A stretch of DNA of 64,000 nucleotides, taken from IMG/VR virus record IMGVR_UViG_3300028048_000100, positions 33,214 to 97,213 of that record; one strand, written 5' to 3'. The notes beneath the pieces were generated by a model. That model worked only from the letters and a program-made list of their open reading frames with translations, made no database searches and was not told where the DNA came from. Every line of letters starts with the position of its first letter. The stretch's first letter is position 1. A program made the translations under genes and the position numbers. This DNA comes from a virus (taxonomy: Duplodnaviria > Heunggongvirae > Uroviricota > Caudoviricetes). Shown here piece by piece: positions 1 through 9,517 of the stretch.

Positions 1-86
1 TGATGGGCGGTTGGAATTACATTTCCGGGTCTAACAAAGAAGAACTGACATATATTGACGATCCATTGACAATTGTGTTTGAATAA
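1..86 (+). CDS. 3' end of an upstream ORF (partial at window edge)
   Basis: Frame 3 is open from the window edge to TAA at 84-86. Confidence 0.3.
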   Translation, partial: MGGWNYISGSNKEELTYIDDPLTIVFE

Positions 87-87
87 C

Positions 88-219
88 ATGAACAGAATTG
101 AAAAACAGGGCGCTACTTACGTAGTGTATGCTAAACGCGATACCGGAGATGTACCTATCTTATTCACTCCGGACAAATCGCAAGCGGAATTGATGTATAA
201 ATACATAACCGAAGTATGA
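88..219 (+). CDS. small hypothetical protein (43 aa)
   Basis: ATG at 88; its TGA stop (217-219) overlaps the ATG at 216 of the next gene, an ATGA coupling. Confidence 0.35.
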   Translation: MNRIEKQGATYVVYAKRDTGDVPILFTPDKSQAELMYKYITEV

Positions 220-2774
220 TAAGATTTGTAGATTTAGAAACCAGTAACGTATTCAACGGGAACAAACCATATGTGTTCTGGATGGATAAGGAGCAATCAA
301 TCAATTTGCTATATACAAAACGTATATGCGTGTTGAGTGATAAACCGGTCCTTTTGATGAATATGCAAATCAATAATGTATTTCGGTTTGTCAATATGCA
401 AAATCTGGGTGAATTTGCTGATATCAGTGTTAATGATTTTAATTATAAAAATCTGCAACGCCTATACACTAACAACTATAGTAGTATCGGTGTACAATAT
501 GGTACTACCGGTTATTTTGTGCATATGATTTATATCATTGCTCAATCTACTGTTATTGGCGAATTTCATGAAGACTTTAGTATCGACGACGAGACATTTG
601 AAATTGCGGCGGACTTCTATGCAGAGGATGAGAATCTCAAAATCAACTTAGCTAACTTCGGAGTTGAGATACCAGAATCTATACAAAATGCGATCTACGA
701 CGTTAATGTCCATGAAGAAGCTAATGACGATATCACACTGAACCGTAAGTACAAAGAGCTGCTTCTCAACTACTGGAGCATCGTGGCTAATCGCGGTTCA
801 TACAAATCTTTACTTAACTCTTTGGCGTGGTTTGAATATGGGGATATCGTTAAGATTGAAGAGATATGGAAACATCCTGAGATAAGTCGAGAGATGTATT
901 CTCGTGCTGATTTAAACCAAACGCTAACCACTGCAGTTAAGGCAACCTTATCTAAATTCGCTAAGACGACATATATCGGACTCTATGCGGCTATGGAGAA
1001 GTTTGCTAGAAACGAACATGGCGAGGTGGTTAATGACCACTATTTAGCAGAACGTGGTTTCTGGGGCGAGGATACACCTGCACTTGAGGCACTGGCTATG
1101 AGATGGACTCGCGAAGAGATGAGCCTCAAGATGCACTTACTCGGCTGTTTCTACGAGGCTTACTTCATGCCGATTCACTTGGACCTATTGCAGTCTACTA
1201 TAGAAGACGTAGTCTTTACGAATACTATCAAGATACTGCCTACACACAATATTAACCGTTTTGATTTCCTTTCTAACTTCGATTCATTCGAGTGTAATAT
1301 CAAAGACGGCGATGTGTTCCAGTTGGGTGATGTAAGTGTTCAAGCAGGAGATATGCTCAAGAAGCACTATATTGACGAGAGCGATCCAGATTCTTACAAG
1401 ACTCAGATGGCAAATGTGATTGAAATTCATGACGAATCAGCATGTCTTGCCTTTATAGCTAAATCGGATAATAGCAGCATAGGACTGGAAAGATTAAGTT
1501 CAAATCACACTTTAGAATATAGTTTCGACAAAGAAAATTGGGATGTATTTGATATTGACACAGTTATCGATCTCAACAACGAACAAATCGTATATGTAAG
1601 AGGTATTCTGGAGGAATCTATAGACGATGAGTATACGCAGTTTAAAATGTCTGGACGCATTGCATGTAGCGGCAATTGCAACTGCTTGTGGAATTATGAG
1701 GATTCAAATGCACAATTGCTACCATATTGTGGATATAACTTATTTAAAGATTGCAGCTCATTGCTCAACTGTCCTGAATTGCCATCTACTAAATTGGCTG
1801 AATACTGTTATTACGCCATGTTTTATGGTTGCAACAATATCAGCAAGGCTCCGATTTTGCCAGCAACTGAATTAAAAACAAGTTGTTATCGCTTTATGTT
1901 TAGTAAATCCGGCTTGACAAAAACACCAGAATTGCCTGCTACTCAGCTCTCAGAATATTGTTATTATTCTATGTTTGAAAATTGTGCTAATTTACTGGAA
2001 GCTGTGCCAGTGCTTGAGGCAGATCAATTATACGATTATTGTTATGCATGGATGTTCTATGGATGTTCATCACTAACAATCGCACCGGAATTACCCGCAA
2101 CCCGTCTAGGGAATTATTGCTATAGGAGCATGTTCTATGGATGTTCATCACTAACATCTGTGCCAGAATTACCCGCAACAGAGCTAACATATGGATGTTA
2201 TATGTATATGTTTGGAGGTTGCTCTTCGTTGCGCATTGCACAGGATATATTGCCCGCAACCAAACTGCCCAGAGATCCTCAATATTCTGGAATAGGTGGC
2301 CATGGATTGAGATTCGATGATGAAAGGTATTTCGGTGTATATACTGGTATGTTTTATGGCTGTAGAAATTTAGAAACAGCTCCAATACTACCTGCAAAAC
2401 AATTAACTACCAGCTGTTATCATGCTATGTTCTATTATTGCACTAAATTAAACAGAGTGGTCATGTTAGCTACAGACATACAAGACCAACAAGTATCTGA
2501 ATACATAGACGATCTGAACAATTTGCTGCATGAAAAAATAGGACCTTCGGCGAATGCGGACGCACAGTGGTTAAAGAAAAACACTACTATTATTTGGATA
2601 GACCATAGCGGTACAGTACAAAATCGCAGATGGTGTATAACCCAAGATGTTTATAATCAATGGTGTGCAATAGATACTTACTATACCCATGTTTCTAATA
2701 GAGAGCTGGCAGTATTAACACCAGAAGAGATAAACGAAATCATAGAGCAATATCATATAATATACGACGAATAA
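216..2774 (+). CDS. tandem-repeat protein with DUF285/BspA-like 'MFxGCSSLT..PELPATxL..CY' repeats; candidate receptor-binding or tail-fibre protein
   Basis: 852-aa ORF. At least 10 copies of a ~23-aa repeat (…CYxxMF[YG]GCSSLTxxPELPATxL…) lie between residues ~480 and 760. The MFsgCssL signature is typical of DUF285/BspA-type repeats. Confidence 0.7.
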   Translation: MIRFVDLETSNVFNGNKPYVFWMDKEQSINLLYTKRICVLSDKPVLLMNMQINNVFRFVNMQNLGEFADISVNDFNYKNLQRLYTNNYSSIGVQYGTTGYFVHMIYIIAQSTVIGEFHEDFSIDDETFEIAADFYAEDENLKINLANFGVEIPESIQNAIYDVNVHEEANDDITLNRKYKELLLNYWSIVANRGSYKSLLNSLAWFEYGDIVKIEEIWKHPEISREMYSRADLNQTLTTAVKATLSKFAKTTYIGLYAAMEKFARNEHGEVVNDHYLAERGFWGEDTPALEALAMRWTREEMSLKMHLLGCFYEAYFMPIHLDLLQSTIEDVVFTNTIKILPTHNINRFDFLSNFDSFECNIKDGDVFQLGDVSVQAGDMLKKHYIDESDPDSYKTQMANVIEIHDESACLAFIAKSDNSSIGLERLSSNHTLEYSFDKENWDVFDIDTVIDLNNEQIVYVRGILEESIDDEYTQFKMSGRIACSGNCNCLWNYEDSNAQLLPYCGYNLFKDCSSLLNCPELPSTKLAEYCYYAMFYGCNNISKAPILPATELKTSCYRFMFSKSGLTKTPELPATQLSEYCYYSMFENCANLLEAVPVLEADQLYDYCYAWMFYGCSSLTIAPELPATRLGNYCYRSMFYGCSSLTSVPELPATELTYGCYMYMFGGCSSLRIAQDILPATKLPRDPQYSGIGGHGLRFDDERYFGVYTGMFYGCRNLETAPILPAKQLTTSCYHAMFYYCTKLNRVVMLATDIQDQQVSEYIDDLNNLLHEKIGPSANADAQWLKKNTTIIWIDHSGTVQNRRWCITQDVYNQWCAIDTYYTHVSNRELAVLTPEEINEIIEQYHIIYDE

Positions 2775-2775
2775 T

Positions 2776-4275
2776 ATGGAGATGGATTACAATGATTATC
2801 CAATATTTGGAGTAGAAGAAGAGTATAACAAGCAAATGGCTCTTCAAGGAGAGCGCGAGACATCCGGTATTGTAAATAATCGCCTGAGAACATTCATGGT
2901 GAATAATTACAATGGTATTGGTGTGGTTGTGCCTATTCGTTGTACTATGAATGGCGATAATGACGACTTTGTTAATAAGGAGATCATCACAGTAATCACT
3001 TACAAAGCCGACGACCCAAGCAAGACTATTACACATAAGAAGACCCTGACTAAACATGAACTATATCATTGTGTAGATGGTAAGATTCATGTGAATTTCA
3101 ACTTATTACTCACTGAAGAGGGTGAAACTGTGTTGAATATGGGTTTCTATACAGCCGGTGGTCGTTCATATGTTCGTTCTATACACATAACTGTAGCAGG
3201 CGACACCCTATGTCGTATCCATCTATATCGTGTCAAGTCTAACTGGAGATTGAACATCAATGACGATGAGTTAGATACTCGTCAAATCAGCGGCACCAAC
3301 GACTATAAAGCCCACATGGTTCGCCCATTCAATAGGTATATGTTCTCACACGTACGTAACTATGATGAGCGCTTGAGGGACATTAAAGACTACAAGCTGC
3401 CAAATGGTGGAACCGACTGGGTGAAGAAAGAGCATTTCATGGAGGTTGCCGGCTTCCATAGATTATACGTGCCGGGCGTTTACTACACAGGCAACCCAGG
3501 TCAAGGCGATCCCGACTATTATGGAATACGCCTCAATTACGTAGTCATTATCAATCAGGCGGGTTTGGATTGGCTGAGGGAAAACCACCCAGACGAGTAC
3601 AATGATTTAGCCGTGTTCAACGAGGCGACTGATATTACATCAAGCTCACGTAAGTTCGACTTGTATATTCGCCGTGTTTTGATCGATCCAGACGGTGATC
3701 CTGAAGACCCCAGCAATATCAAAGATAAGTACTACACATTCATCAGTTGCGATTTTGACTACGATGAGCAAAACGGTCAATACATATACATCAAGAATGC
3801 AGTCCGCGAAGCAGCACAGGCAAAGACTTATGAAGGCCAGTCCATTAAAGTCATCAGAAATGGCGATGGATTCTTCCCTCAGAAACACTACCTGGAGGAG
3901 CTTGGTGTAGGTTTGAAGTATAAGACTGATGAGTGGGGTAATCAGATCTTAGACGACAATGGCAACCCAATATACGAAGGTTTATCAAGAGGCGCTCGTT
4001 TAGAGGATTACACCATAACTAACAAAGATACCGTGGTGGCTATTCCTGAAGCTAAGTACAACGGACTAACGATTAAAGATGCCGAATGGATATTCATTAA
4101 CAAGTCCGCAGTTGGCGACGAGCGCGAGATTAAAATGATATCTACTAAGGAACCGTTTGTTGGGAAGGATATCAAGAAAGCGTTGGAACCAGGTTTCTAC
4201 GACGTGATATTTAGATACAAAACTGGCGATCAGCCACACGAGGTACGCTTGAATAGCGCATTCCTCAAGAAGTAA
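2776..4275 (+). CDS. hypothetical protein (499 aa), possibly virion-associated
   Basis: Long ORF starting 2 nt after the previous stop. No recognisable motifs. Confidence 0.6.
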   Translation: MEMDYNDYPIFGVEEEYNKQMALQGERETSGIVNNRLRTFMVNNYNGIGVVVPIRCTMNGDNDDFVNKEIITVITYKADDPSKTITHKKTLTKHELYHCVDGKIHVNFNLLLTEEGETVLNMGFYTAGGRSYVRSIHITVAGDTLCRIHLYRVKSNWRLNINDDELDTRQISGTNDYKAHMVRPFNRYMFSHVRNYDERLRDIKDYKLPNGGTDWVKKEHFMEVAGFHRLYVPGVYYTGNPGQGDPDYYGIRLNYVVIINQAGLDWLRENHPDEYNDLAVFNEATDITSSSRKFDLYIRRVLIDPDGDPEDPSNIKDKYYTFISCDFDYDEQNGQYIYIKNAVREAAQAKTYEGQSIKVIRNGDGFFPQKHYLEELGVGLKYKTDEWGNQILDDNGNPIYEGLSRGARLEDYTITNKDTVVAIPEAKYNGLTIKDAEWIFINKSAVGDEREIKMISTKEPFVGKDIKKALEPGFYDVIFRYKTGDQPHEVRLNSAFLKK

Positions 4276-4282
4276 TAAAAGA

Positions 4283-4324
4283 AGAAAGATCTATTCTCAG
4301 GTTCTTCCGGGAATAGATCTTTCT
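4283..4324 (+). terminator. stem-loop terminator candidate
   Basis: 14-bp inverted repeat agaaagatctattc / gaatagatctttct with a 14-nt loop, directly after the 2776-4275 stop and followed by a T-rich run. Confidence 0.5.
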
Positions 4325-4424
4325 ATTTCTAAATGTTTTAGCAAAGTTAATAGGATGACCGTAGAGCTCGATTTCTCGATCCCTACTTTCTTTTCGCACT
4401 CGTTTGAGTGCTTGAATCATTATG

Positions 4425-4982
4425 TCATCCTTTTTGTTCTTCATCTGTTTCAATAGCCATTATGCTATCTACGAATCTTGCTTTGCCATTGTCATCCAAA
4501 CCACACCCAACAAAGAATAGATCAGAGCTGTCCTCTATACCGAAGATCAGTTTGGTAGTTTGGTTTAGTTCACGGCGAGCGCGTGCTAATAGGGTTACAA
4601 AAACAACTTCTTTCGCCCCGAAGCGCTCTAAGTATATCTTCTCGAGGTTGCGAGTAGTGGATCCAGAATCGCAGAAGTCGTCGACGATTATAACCGTCTT
4701 GCCCGTGCAATCGACATTAGGCATATAGTTATATATCAACTCGCCTTGTTTGTCTCCACTGTATGAGCTTACTTTGATATTGGCTGTGGTCAATTCCATC
4801 AGCATATCATGTGCAAGCTTATCCAGGATCTTGTGGGATAGGAACGCTCCGCCTTCCAATACTGTTAAATATACACAGTTTTCAGCGCCTCGATTTTCAA
4901 TGAGGTTGTATACTCGATTGGCGAGCTGCAAAACTGCAGTTTTTACCTCGAATCGGCTATATATCGTCTTATACCTCTTCAT
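4425..4982 (-). CDS. type I phosphoribosyltransferase domain protein (HGPRT/APRT-like)
   Basis: PRPP-binding motif 'KTVIIVDDFCDSGSTT' in a ~185-aa protein. Confidence 0.55.
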   Translation of the reverse strand: MKRYKTIYSRFEVKTAVLQLANRVYNLIENRGAENCVYLTVLEGGAFLSHKILDKLAHDMLMELTTANIKVSSYSGDKQGELIYNYMPNVDCTGKTVIIVDDFCDSGSTTRNLEKIYLERFGAKEVVFVTLLARARRELNQTTKLIFGIEDSSDLFFVGCGLDDNGKARFVDSIMAIETDEEQKG

Positions 4983-5352
4983 TATTCAGTGATTTAATAA
5001 ATGACCATACGAATATCACTATGAACACAAGCACTGCGAATCCAAATGAAATGCAGAATGCCAATGTTCCGAGACTTGCAAATAATGCCATTACGGACAT
5101 TACGCTGAATGGGATTCGCGATTCGTGAATCGCAGGACCTTCAATCCAATCAATCCCAAGCCATCTGTAGTAGTCCATGAGACCCTTGAGGACTTTGCAG
5201 TGATTTGGTTTGTCACTGTAACGATACATTCTCCAAATTGCACTAAGAGCATACACTACTGTGGAGAGTAACAAAAATGCTCCAAGCCATCCAATGAGAT
5301 AAAACATCACTACGACGGCTAAGTCGGAGAGGGTGATTGCTGCTAAAATCAT
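4969..5352 (-). CDS. small integral membrane protein
   Basis: 127 aa with several hydrophobic helices (LAVVVMFYLIGWLGAFLLLSTVVYAL…). Confidence 0.45.
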   Translation of the reverse strand: MILAAITLSDLAVVVMFYLIGWLGAFLLLSTVVYALSAIWRMYRYSDKPNHCKVLKGLMDYYRWLGIDWIEGPAIHESRIPFSVMSVMALFASLGTLAFCISFGFAVLVFIVIFVWSFIKSLNNEEV

Positions 5353-5376
5353 ACTTATATTGTTTTAATGGTTAAG

Positions 5377-5449
5377 TACCCCGGGTGCGACTCGAACGCA
5401 CGACCGGCGGGTTAGAAATCCGCTGCTCTATCCACTGAGCTACCGGGGC
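5377..5449 (-). tRNA. trnR: tRNA-Arg (anticodon TCT)
   Basis: The minus strand reads GCCCCGGTAGCTCAGTGGATAGAGCAGCGGATTTCTAACCCGCCGGTCGTGCGTTCGAGTCGCACCCGGGGTA. It folds into a cloverleaf: D-arm GCTC/GAGC, anticodon loop TTTCTAA (U33, TCT, A37), T-arm GTGCG-TTCGAGT-CGCAC and a 7-bp acceptor stem with G1:U72. CCA is not encoded. Confidence 0.75.
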
Positions 5450-5478
5450 AAATGTGACGGACTAGCCGCCACGGTCGG

Positions 5479-5958
5479 TTACTTAATATACGGATATGGA
5501 TCAGCACTTACTTCTTTAGCATTTTTCTTCAGTCCTGAACCATCTCGGTTTGTGAAATGTCTATCCACCTCAAATACTAGCCCTGTTCCAAGTTCCTTCA
5601 CGAAACCTTTTAACCATAAATCATATGTACCTTCGCCAGAGAATGCATCAAAATTAGTAGCTATAGAGTCATTGACTCGCCTAAGTGCTTCTAATTCCTT
5701 GGTTTTCCCTCGTGCGAGGACTTCACTTTTGCTTGTGACCTTCTGCGTGGTATCATTGAACAAAACGGTATCGCCTACATTCAATGCGAGCGCTGCCTTT
5801 CCGTCCATTGCATACTTACCTTGTGGGAATGTCACTTCGAACTGTCCGTCGCCGTCTCCAGATAACTGGACTCCGTATGCCAATCCGAACTGTGTTCCGC
5901 ATGAGGTGAGCATGATACTACTCATCACTGCAATTACGAAAACTAAAAATTTCTTCAT
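5479..5958 (-). CDS. putative secreted lipoprotein
   Basis: The internal start MKKFLVFVIAVMSSIMLTSCG gives a signal peptide plus a lipobox (LTSC). The ORF track extends the frame to 6003. Confidence 0.5.
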   Translation of the reverse strand: MKKFLVFVIAVMSSIMLTSCGTQFGLAYGVQLSGDGDGQFEVTFPQGKYAMDGKAALALNVGDTVLFNDTTQKVTSKSEVLARGKTKELEALRRVNDSIATNFDAFSGEGTYDLWLKGFVKELGTGLVFEVDRHFTNRDGSGLKKNAKEVSADPYPYIK

Positions 5959-5993
5959 GATGTTTGAATTTATTATGTTAAAATATAATAAAA

Positions 5994-6554
5994 TTATCTC
6001 CAAAATTTATACGTATAGTCGAACCCTTGAATACTCCAAATCTGCCCATCTTTGTACTTGTATTCGGCCAATTTAAGCAATTGATCTGGATCTCCTTCTA
6101 GTTTCATTCGACTCATGCGATATAACCGCTGATTAGTCGTCTCCTTGTCTAATCCACCGAGTTCTTTGATGTATGGGCCTACCTTGAGATAGGTTAGCAT
6201 CTGGACCCAGTACGAAGCCCCATGATCAATCATATCCTGAACATCCTTACGTCCTGAGTAGACTGCAATGTTCATCCACTTACCCCTCTCTGTGGTCCAG
6301 TCACAATAATATCCGACTATCTTAGCCAATCCATCGTAATCGGCATCTCCGCCCATTAGGCACAGACAAGTACAGGCGCTGTTGGCATCAAGCAAACGAT
6401 ACAACTCTTGTTTGGTTAGTTCTGTACCAACGTCCTCCCAGAGGAACTTACTGTGACAATCCGGACAGTGAATCGGACAGTTGCTGAGGTTGATACATAA
6501 TGTCACCTCATCTGGTATCTCCGAGAATGTTACTTGGTAGTTATAGTATTTCAT
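5994..6554 (-). CDS. nrdG: radical-SAM activase, NrdG-like (anaerobic RNR activating protein family)
   Basis: N-terminal CxxxCxxC (NCPIHCPDCH) followed by GGD (LMGGDADYDG) and 'IAVYSGRK', mirroring E. coli/T4 NrdG. ~186 aa. Its start overlaps the first IQD-family gene stop (ATGA). Confidence 0.5.
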   Translation of the reverse strand: MKYYNYQVTFSEIPDEVTLCINLSNCPIHCPDCHSKFLWEDVGTELTKQELYRLLDANSACTCLCLMGGDADYDGLAKIVGYYCDWTTERGKWMNIAVYSGRKDVQDMIDHGASYWVQMLTYLKVGPYIKELGGLDKETTNQRLYRMSRMKLEGDPDQLLKLAEYKYKDGQIWSIQGFDYTYKFWR

Positions 6555-6838
6555 AAGTATAGTGGTGTTATATTGTAATCTTTAAATTCTTCATAGATTT
6601 TCTGACATGCTAATTGAAACTCTTCACTCGGATCATCTGGATTATGAAGGTTGGGCACATATACATAAAACTCAGATGGGGTGCAATTTGGGAATCTCTT
6701 CTGAATAGCTAAAAATTCGAATCTCCAGTCCCTCATGACTAGGTCGCATCGCAATCGTTTCTGTCTAACGAACGTATCGAACAGCTTGGCTGCGTCAGTC
6801 ACTTGTTTCAATATATCCTCATCGCACGTCTGTATCAT
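6551..6838 (-). CDS. IQD-leader paralog family protein (variant leader MIQTCDEDIL)
   Basis: N-term MIQTCDEDILKQV; overlaps its neighbours. Confidence 0.6.
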   Translation of the reverse strand: MIQTCDEDILKQVTDAAKLFDTFVRQKRLRCDLVMRDWRFEFLAIQKRFPNCTPSEFYVYVPNLHNPDDPSEEFQLACQKIYEEFKDYNITPLYL

Positions 6839-7136
6839 ATAAAAAATATACTTCAGTTATCTTACGGATGTTAAATATATGGCGTCGGATTAAGTCAAAC
6901 ATGAAGCTCTTAGGTAATCCTCTGGGAGTTGCATAAGTCTGCCATTCGAACTGGAACTGACTGTCCGGATTGCGATTGGGAACCAAGTACTGGAACACCA
7001 AGCTACCCCCTGCGCCTTCCCATTTAGACTCAACGTGATCCTTATACTGCATTTCAAACGATCGCTTTAAGTTATCCTCAAACTCGATCTCGTGCATGTT
7101 ACCCTTCACAACCTTTGTGTCATCATCTTGTATCAT
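6819..7136 (-). CDS. IQD-leader paralog family protein
   Basis: N-term MIQDDDTKVVKGN; the promoter-like motif abuts its ATG. Confidence 0.7.
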   Translation of the reverse strand: MIQDDDTKVVKGNMHEIEFEDNLKRSFEMQYKDHVESKWEGAGGSLVFQYLVPNRNPDSQFQFEWQTYATPRGLPKSFMFDLIRRHIFNIRKITEVYFLYDTDVR

Positions 7137-7167
7137 ATATACAAAGTATCTGGGATATCTTTAGTGC
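7137..7167 (-). promoter_or_regulatory. conserved phage promoter-like motif (short variant)
   Basis: The minus strand reads GCACTAAAGATATCccagatactttGTATAT directly fused to ATGATACAAGAT of 6819-7136. Confidence 0.45.
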
Positions 7168-7352
7168 TTCTTCATTGCTTTTGCAAACATAGGTGCTAAA
7201 CTGGCAGGTACAACGACGTAACTAGATGATCCATACTTTCGTCTTCGCTCTTCAATAGCGTTAGCGGTATTTAGTATCTTGTCAAAGAGCTGACGAGACT
7301 GAATCATCTTGTCTTCTCGATCTAGTACTTGTTCATCACTTGCTTGTATCAT
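7161..7352 (-). CDS. IQD-leader paralog family protein (63 aa)
   Basis: N-term MIQASDEQVLDRE. Confidence 0.6.
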   Translation of the reverse strand: MIQASDEQVLDREDKMIQSRQLFDKILNTANAIEERRRKYGSSSYVVVPASLAPMFAKAMKKH

Positions 7353-8002
7353 AGTACAAATGTTTGAGGGCTGTTTGCAATCATTCGTATTCGAGAGATC
7401 TCTTCCACAACAGCAGAGGCATCTTCGTTGTGGTCCAACCCACTAAATCGTGCTGTTAATTCGTCTTCATATCGATCCGATTTGATACTCAATCGCTCAC
7501 CAAGGACTTTGAATTTGACATAGAAGTTGTGTGAGCTCGCATATGATCCGTCCCAAAACTCATGGTCAACCTTTTCTGGGTCCATGATCTCAACGTTGTA
7601 TCCCGAACGAATCACAGTAGACTCGCGTAGGCCCCTCATTCGCGTCTCATCATCAGCCTCATACGTGGTGTACTCATATTTCATATATAAGGGCTCCGGT
7701 AGATGTTCACTAATCCACTTGAGGCCTTTTTCCATATACTCGTTAACGATATTTGCATTCACATATACCGGGTATCCACACATATTATCATACACGTATT
7801 TCGTATACGAGCGACGATTGATGCTTTTGATACTAAACCTCATCATCATCTCGGATATGTGGTTGTCGCGATTGAAGCTTCGATCTAACGCATTTATCTT
7901 ACCGGCGCCTGTGAAGAAGTCGTATATTAAACGAGCCACCTCTCGTCTCATATGTGTACGAGACACTTCAAAAATTACTTTTTCATCACTGTCCTGTATC
8001 AT
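7349..8002 (-). CDS. IQD-leader paralog family protein (217 aa)
   Basis: N-term MIQDSDEKVIFEV; 4-nt overlap with its neighbours. Confidence 0.7.
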   Translation of the reverse strand: MIQDSDEKVIFEVSRTHMRREVARLIYDFFTGAGKINALDRSFNRDNHISEMMMRFSIKSINRRSYTKYVYDNMCGYPVYVNANIVNEYMEKGLKWISEHLPEPLYMKYEYTTYEADDETRMRGLRESTVIRSGYNVEIMDPEKVDHEFWDGSYASSHNFYVKFKVLGERLSIKSDRYEDELTARFSGLDHNEDASAVVEEISRIRMIANSPQTFVL

Positions 8003-8423
8003 CGTATATTGCTTCTAATCCATATTCTACACTATCCATCCACTGTATATTTACACCAAACTGCCTCAGTTTCAATGCTAAGTTGTTCTTAGTCTTCCAG
8101 ACTAATCTCTCTTCTTTTATAACACTCCCATCATCTCGAACACCTACACATACAAGTTGCTCCTCAGTATCTTTTATCATTTCCTCATACTCATACTTAT
8201 AGAACTTGACCGATATCACATGATCGTTGATGTAATAATGATCTCCTCCAGGAGGTACTACGAGTATTGGTTCGCTGAATATGACTCGGAATAGACCAGT
8301 CACTTCAAAGTACTTATCGTTACTATTCCGATTCGCATAGGAATGGTTAAATGCATCCAAAATGATCTGATCCACTAATCGATCAGTCTTACCTATTACT
8401 ATGTCATCATCATCTTGGATCAT
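7986..8423 (-). CDS. IQD-leader paralog family protein
   Basis: N-term MIQDDDDIVIGKT. Confidence 0.7.
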   Translation of the reverse strand: MIQDDDDIVIGKTDRLVDQIILDAFNHSYANRNSNDKYFEVTGLFRVIFSEPILVVPPGGDHYYINDHVISVKFYKYEYEEMIKDTEEQLVCVGVRDDGSVIKEERLVWKTKNNLALKLRQFGVNIQWMDSVEYGLEAIYDDTGQ

Positions 8424-8737
8424 TAGATTGCTTGGTATACGCTTGAAGGAATTGTTAGCTTATGCGGAAAGGTAATCTCTCCTTTATCTCGTTCCAATAA
8501 CAATGAGAACCCAACTAATGCGAACACGTCAGTTACCGTCTCTCTCACTCGTATAACATGCTCTTTCCAAATAGCTTCTCCTTTCTTCCTAATGTAATAT
8601 GTGAAGTCCCAGCAGCCGTTGCATCTATTCACGTAGTTGGTCGCTTTCTGTAACTTACAAGCTTCCCTTACATCCTCGGCGAAATGAGAATAGTTAGTTA
8701 CTTGATCTATTACTATACTATCATCGTCCTGTATCAT
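8423..8737 (-). CDS. IQD-leader paralog family protein
   Basis: N-term MIQDDDSIVIDQV; 1-nt overlap with the downstream gene. Confidence 0.7.
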   Translation of the reverse strand: MIQDDDSIVIDQVTNYSHFAEDVREACKLQKATNYVNRCNGCWDFTYYIRKKGEAIWKEHVIRVRETVTDVFALVGFSLLLERDKGEITFPHKLTIPSSVYQAI

Positions 8738-9095
8738 TGTGTAAGTTTATCTGTATCTTTACAAACATTTCGTCTCTCTCATGTGGAGAAGCGTACTTAG
8801 CCATCTCTATGACTGTCTTATTGTACTCTAACATGTCCTGTATTTCAGACATCCTCTTGCGCACGTATACTTTGAAGTCGTCATTGATGTTCGATTTAAC
8901 CCACTGAGGACTAAAATGGATTGTGTGCGGACGTTTACGACCACCATACGTTATAAGATCAACGCTAAAAGTCCAACTAAGCTCTCTTCCATAATTATAG
9001 CGGATAGCATTCTCAAGCTCTTGATTGAGTAAGCTCTCGAACTCAGCACCTTCTCGTACTTTCTTCTCTACTATGTTATCATCATCTTGTATCAT
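8721..9095 (-). CDS. IQD-leader paralog family protein
   Basis: N-term MIQDDDNIVEKKV. Confidence 0.7.
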   Translation of the reverse strand: MIQDDDNIVEKKVREGAEFESLLNQELENAIRYNYGRELSWTFSVDLITYGGRKRPHTIHFSPQWVKSNINDDFKVYVRKRMSEIQDMLEYNKTVIEMAKYASPHERDEMFVKIQINLHNDTGR

Positions 9096-9517
9096 TTCGG
9101 CATTACTATTCCAACGGGCTTGATGAGATATGACGGTACTTTGAAGTATGGCGGCGTTTTACTTGGTTCTTTTTTATCGAGATTATTTACTATAAAATCT
9201 ACAATACAGGCCGCTAATCTCTTCGGTAATGCAGATTTCCCTAGTTCGGACCATGCTATCTCCATGGTTAATTCCTTTTCAGTAGTGTCATAGTTACAGC
9301 CCCGAAAACGCACAGGCTCGTCAAACACTAATTTGATTTTTGCCTTCACATGCGCCTGATATTTCATATCACCATCAGAGTAGCGTTGGTGTATGATACT
9401 CCGTCCCCGAAGGTCTATTGACTTCTGGTATAACTCTTCACACATATGTTCTAAGTGCCACCGGTTCATTTCCTTGGCAGACTTAGCCATTACTTGCTTG
9501 TCGTCGTCTTGTATCAT
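9092..9517 (-). CDS. IQD-leader paralog family protein
   Basis: N-term MIQDDDKQVMAKS; ATGA coupling. Confidence 0.7.
   Translation of the reverse strand: MIQDDDKQVMAKSAKEMNRWHLEHMCEELYQKSIDLRGRSIIHQRYSDGDMKYQAHVKAKIKLVFDEPVRFRGCNYDTTEKELTMEIAWSELGKSALPKRLAACIVDFIVNNLDKKEPSKTPPYFKVPSYLIKPVGIVMPK

Noticed and set aside
1627-2397. Internal and antisense ORFs inside the 852-aa repeat protein (1627-1875 plus strand, 1987-2397 minus strand), and similar nested ORFs inside terL, the 1055-aa gene, the primase-helicase and others.
   Set aside because: They are fully embedded in long, motif-supported genes on the other frame or strand. They have no coupling signals and odd composition. Treated as spurious.
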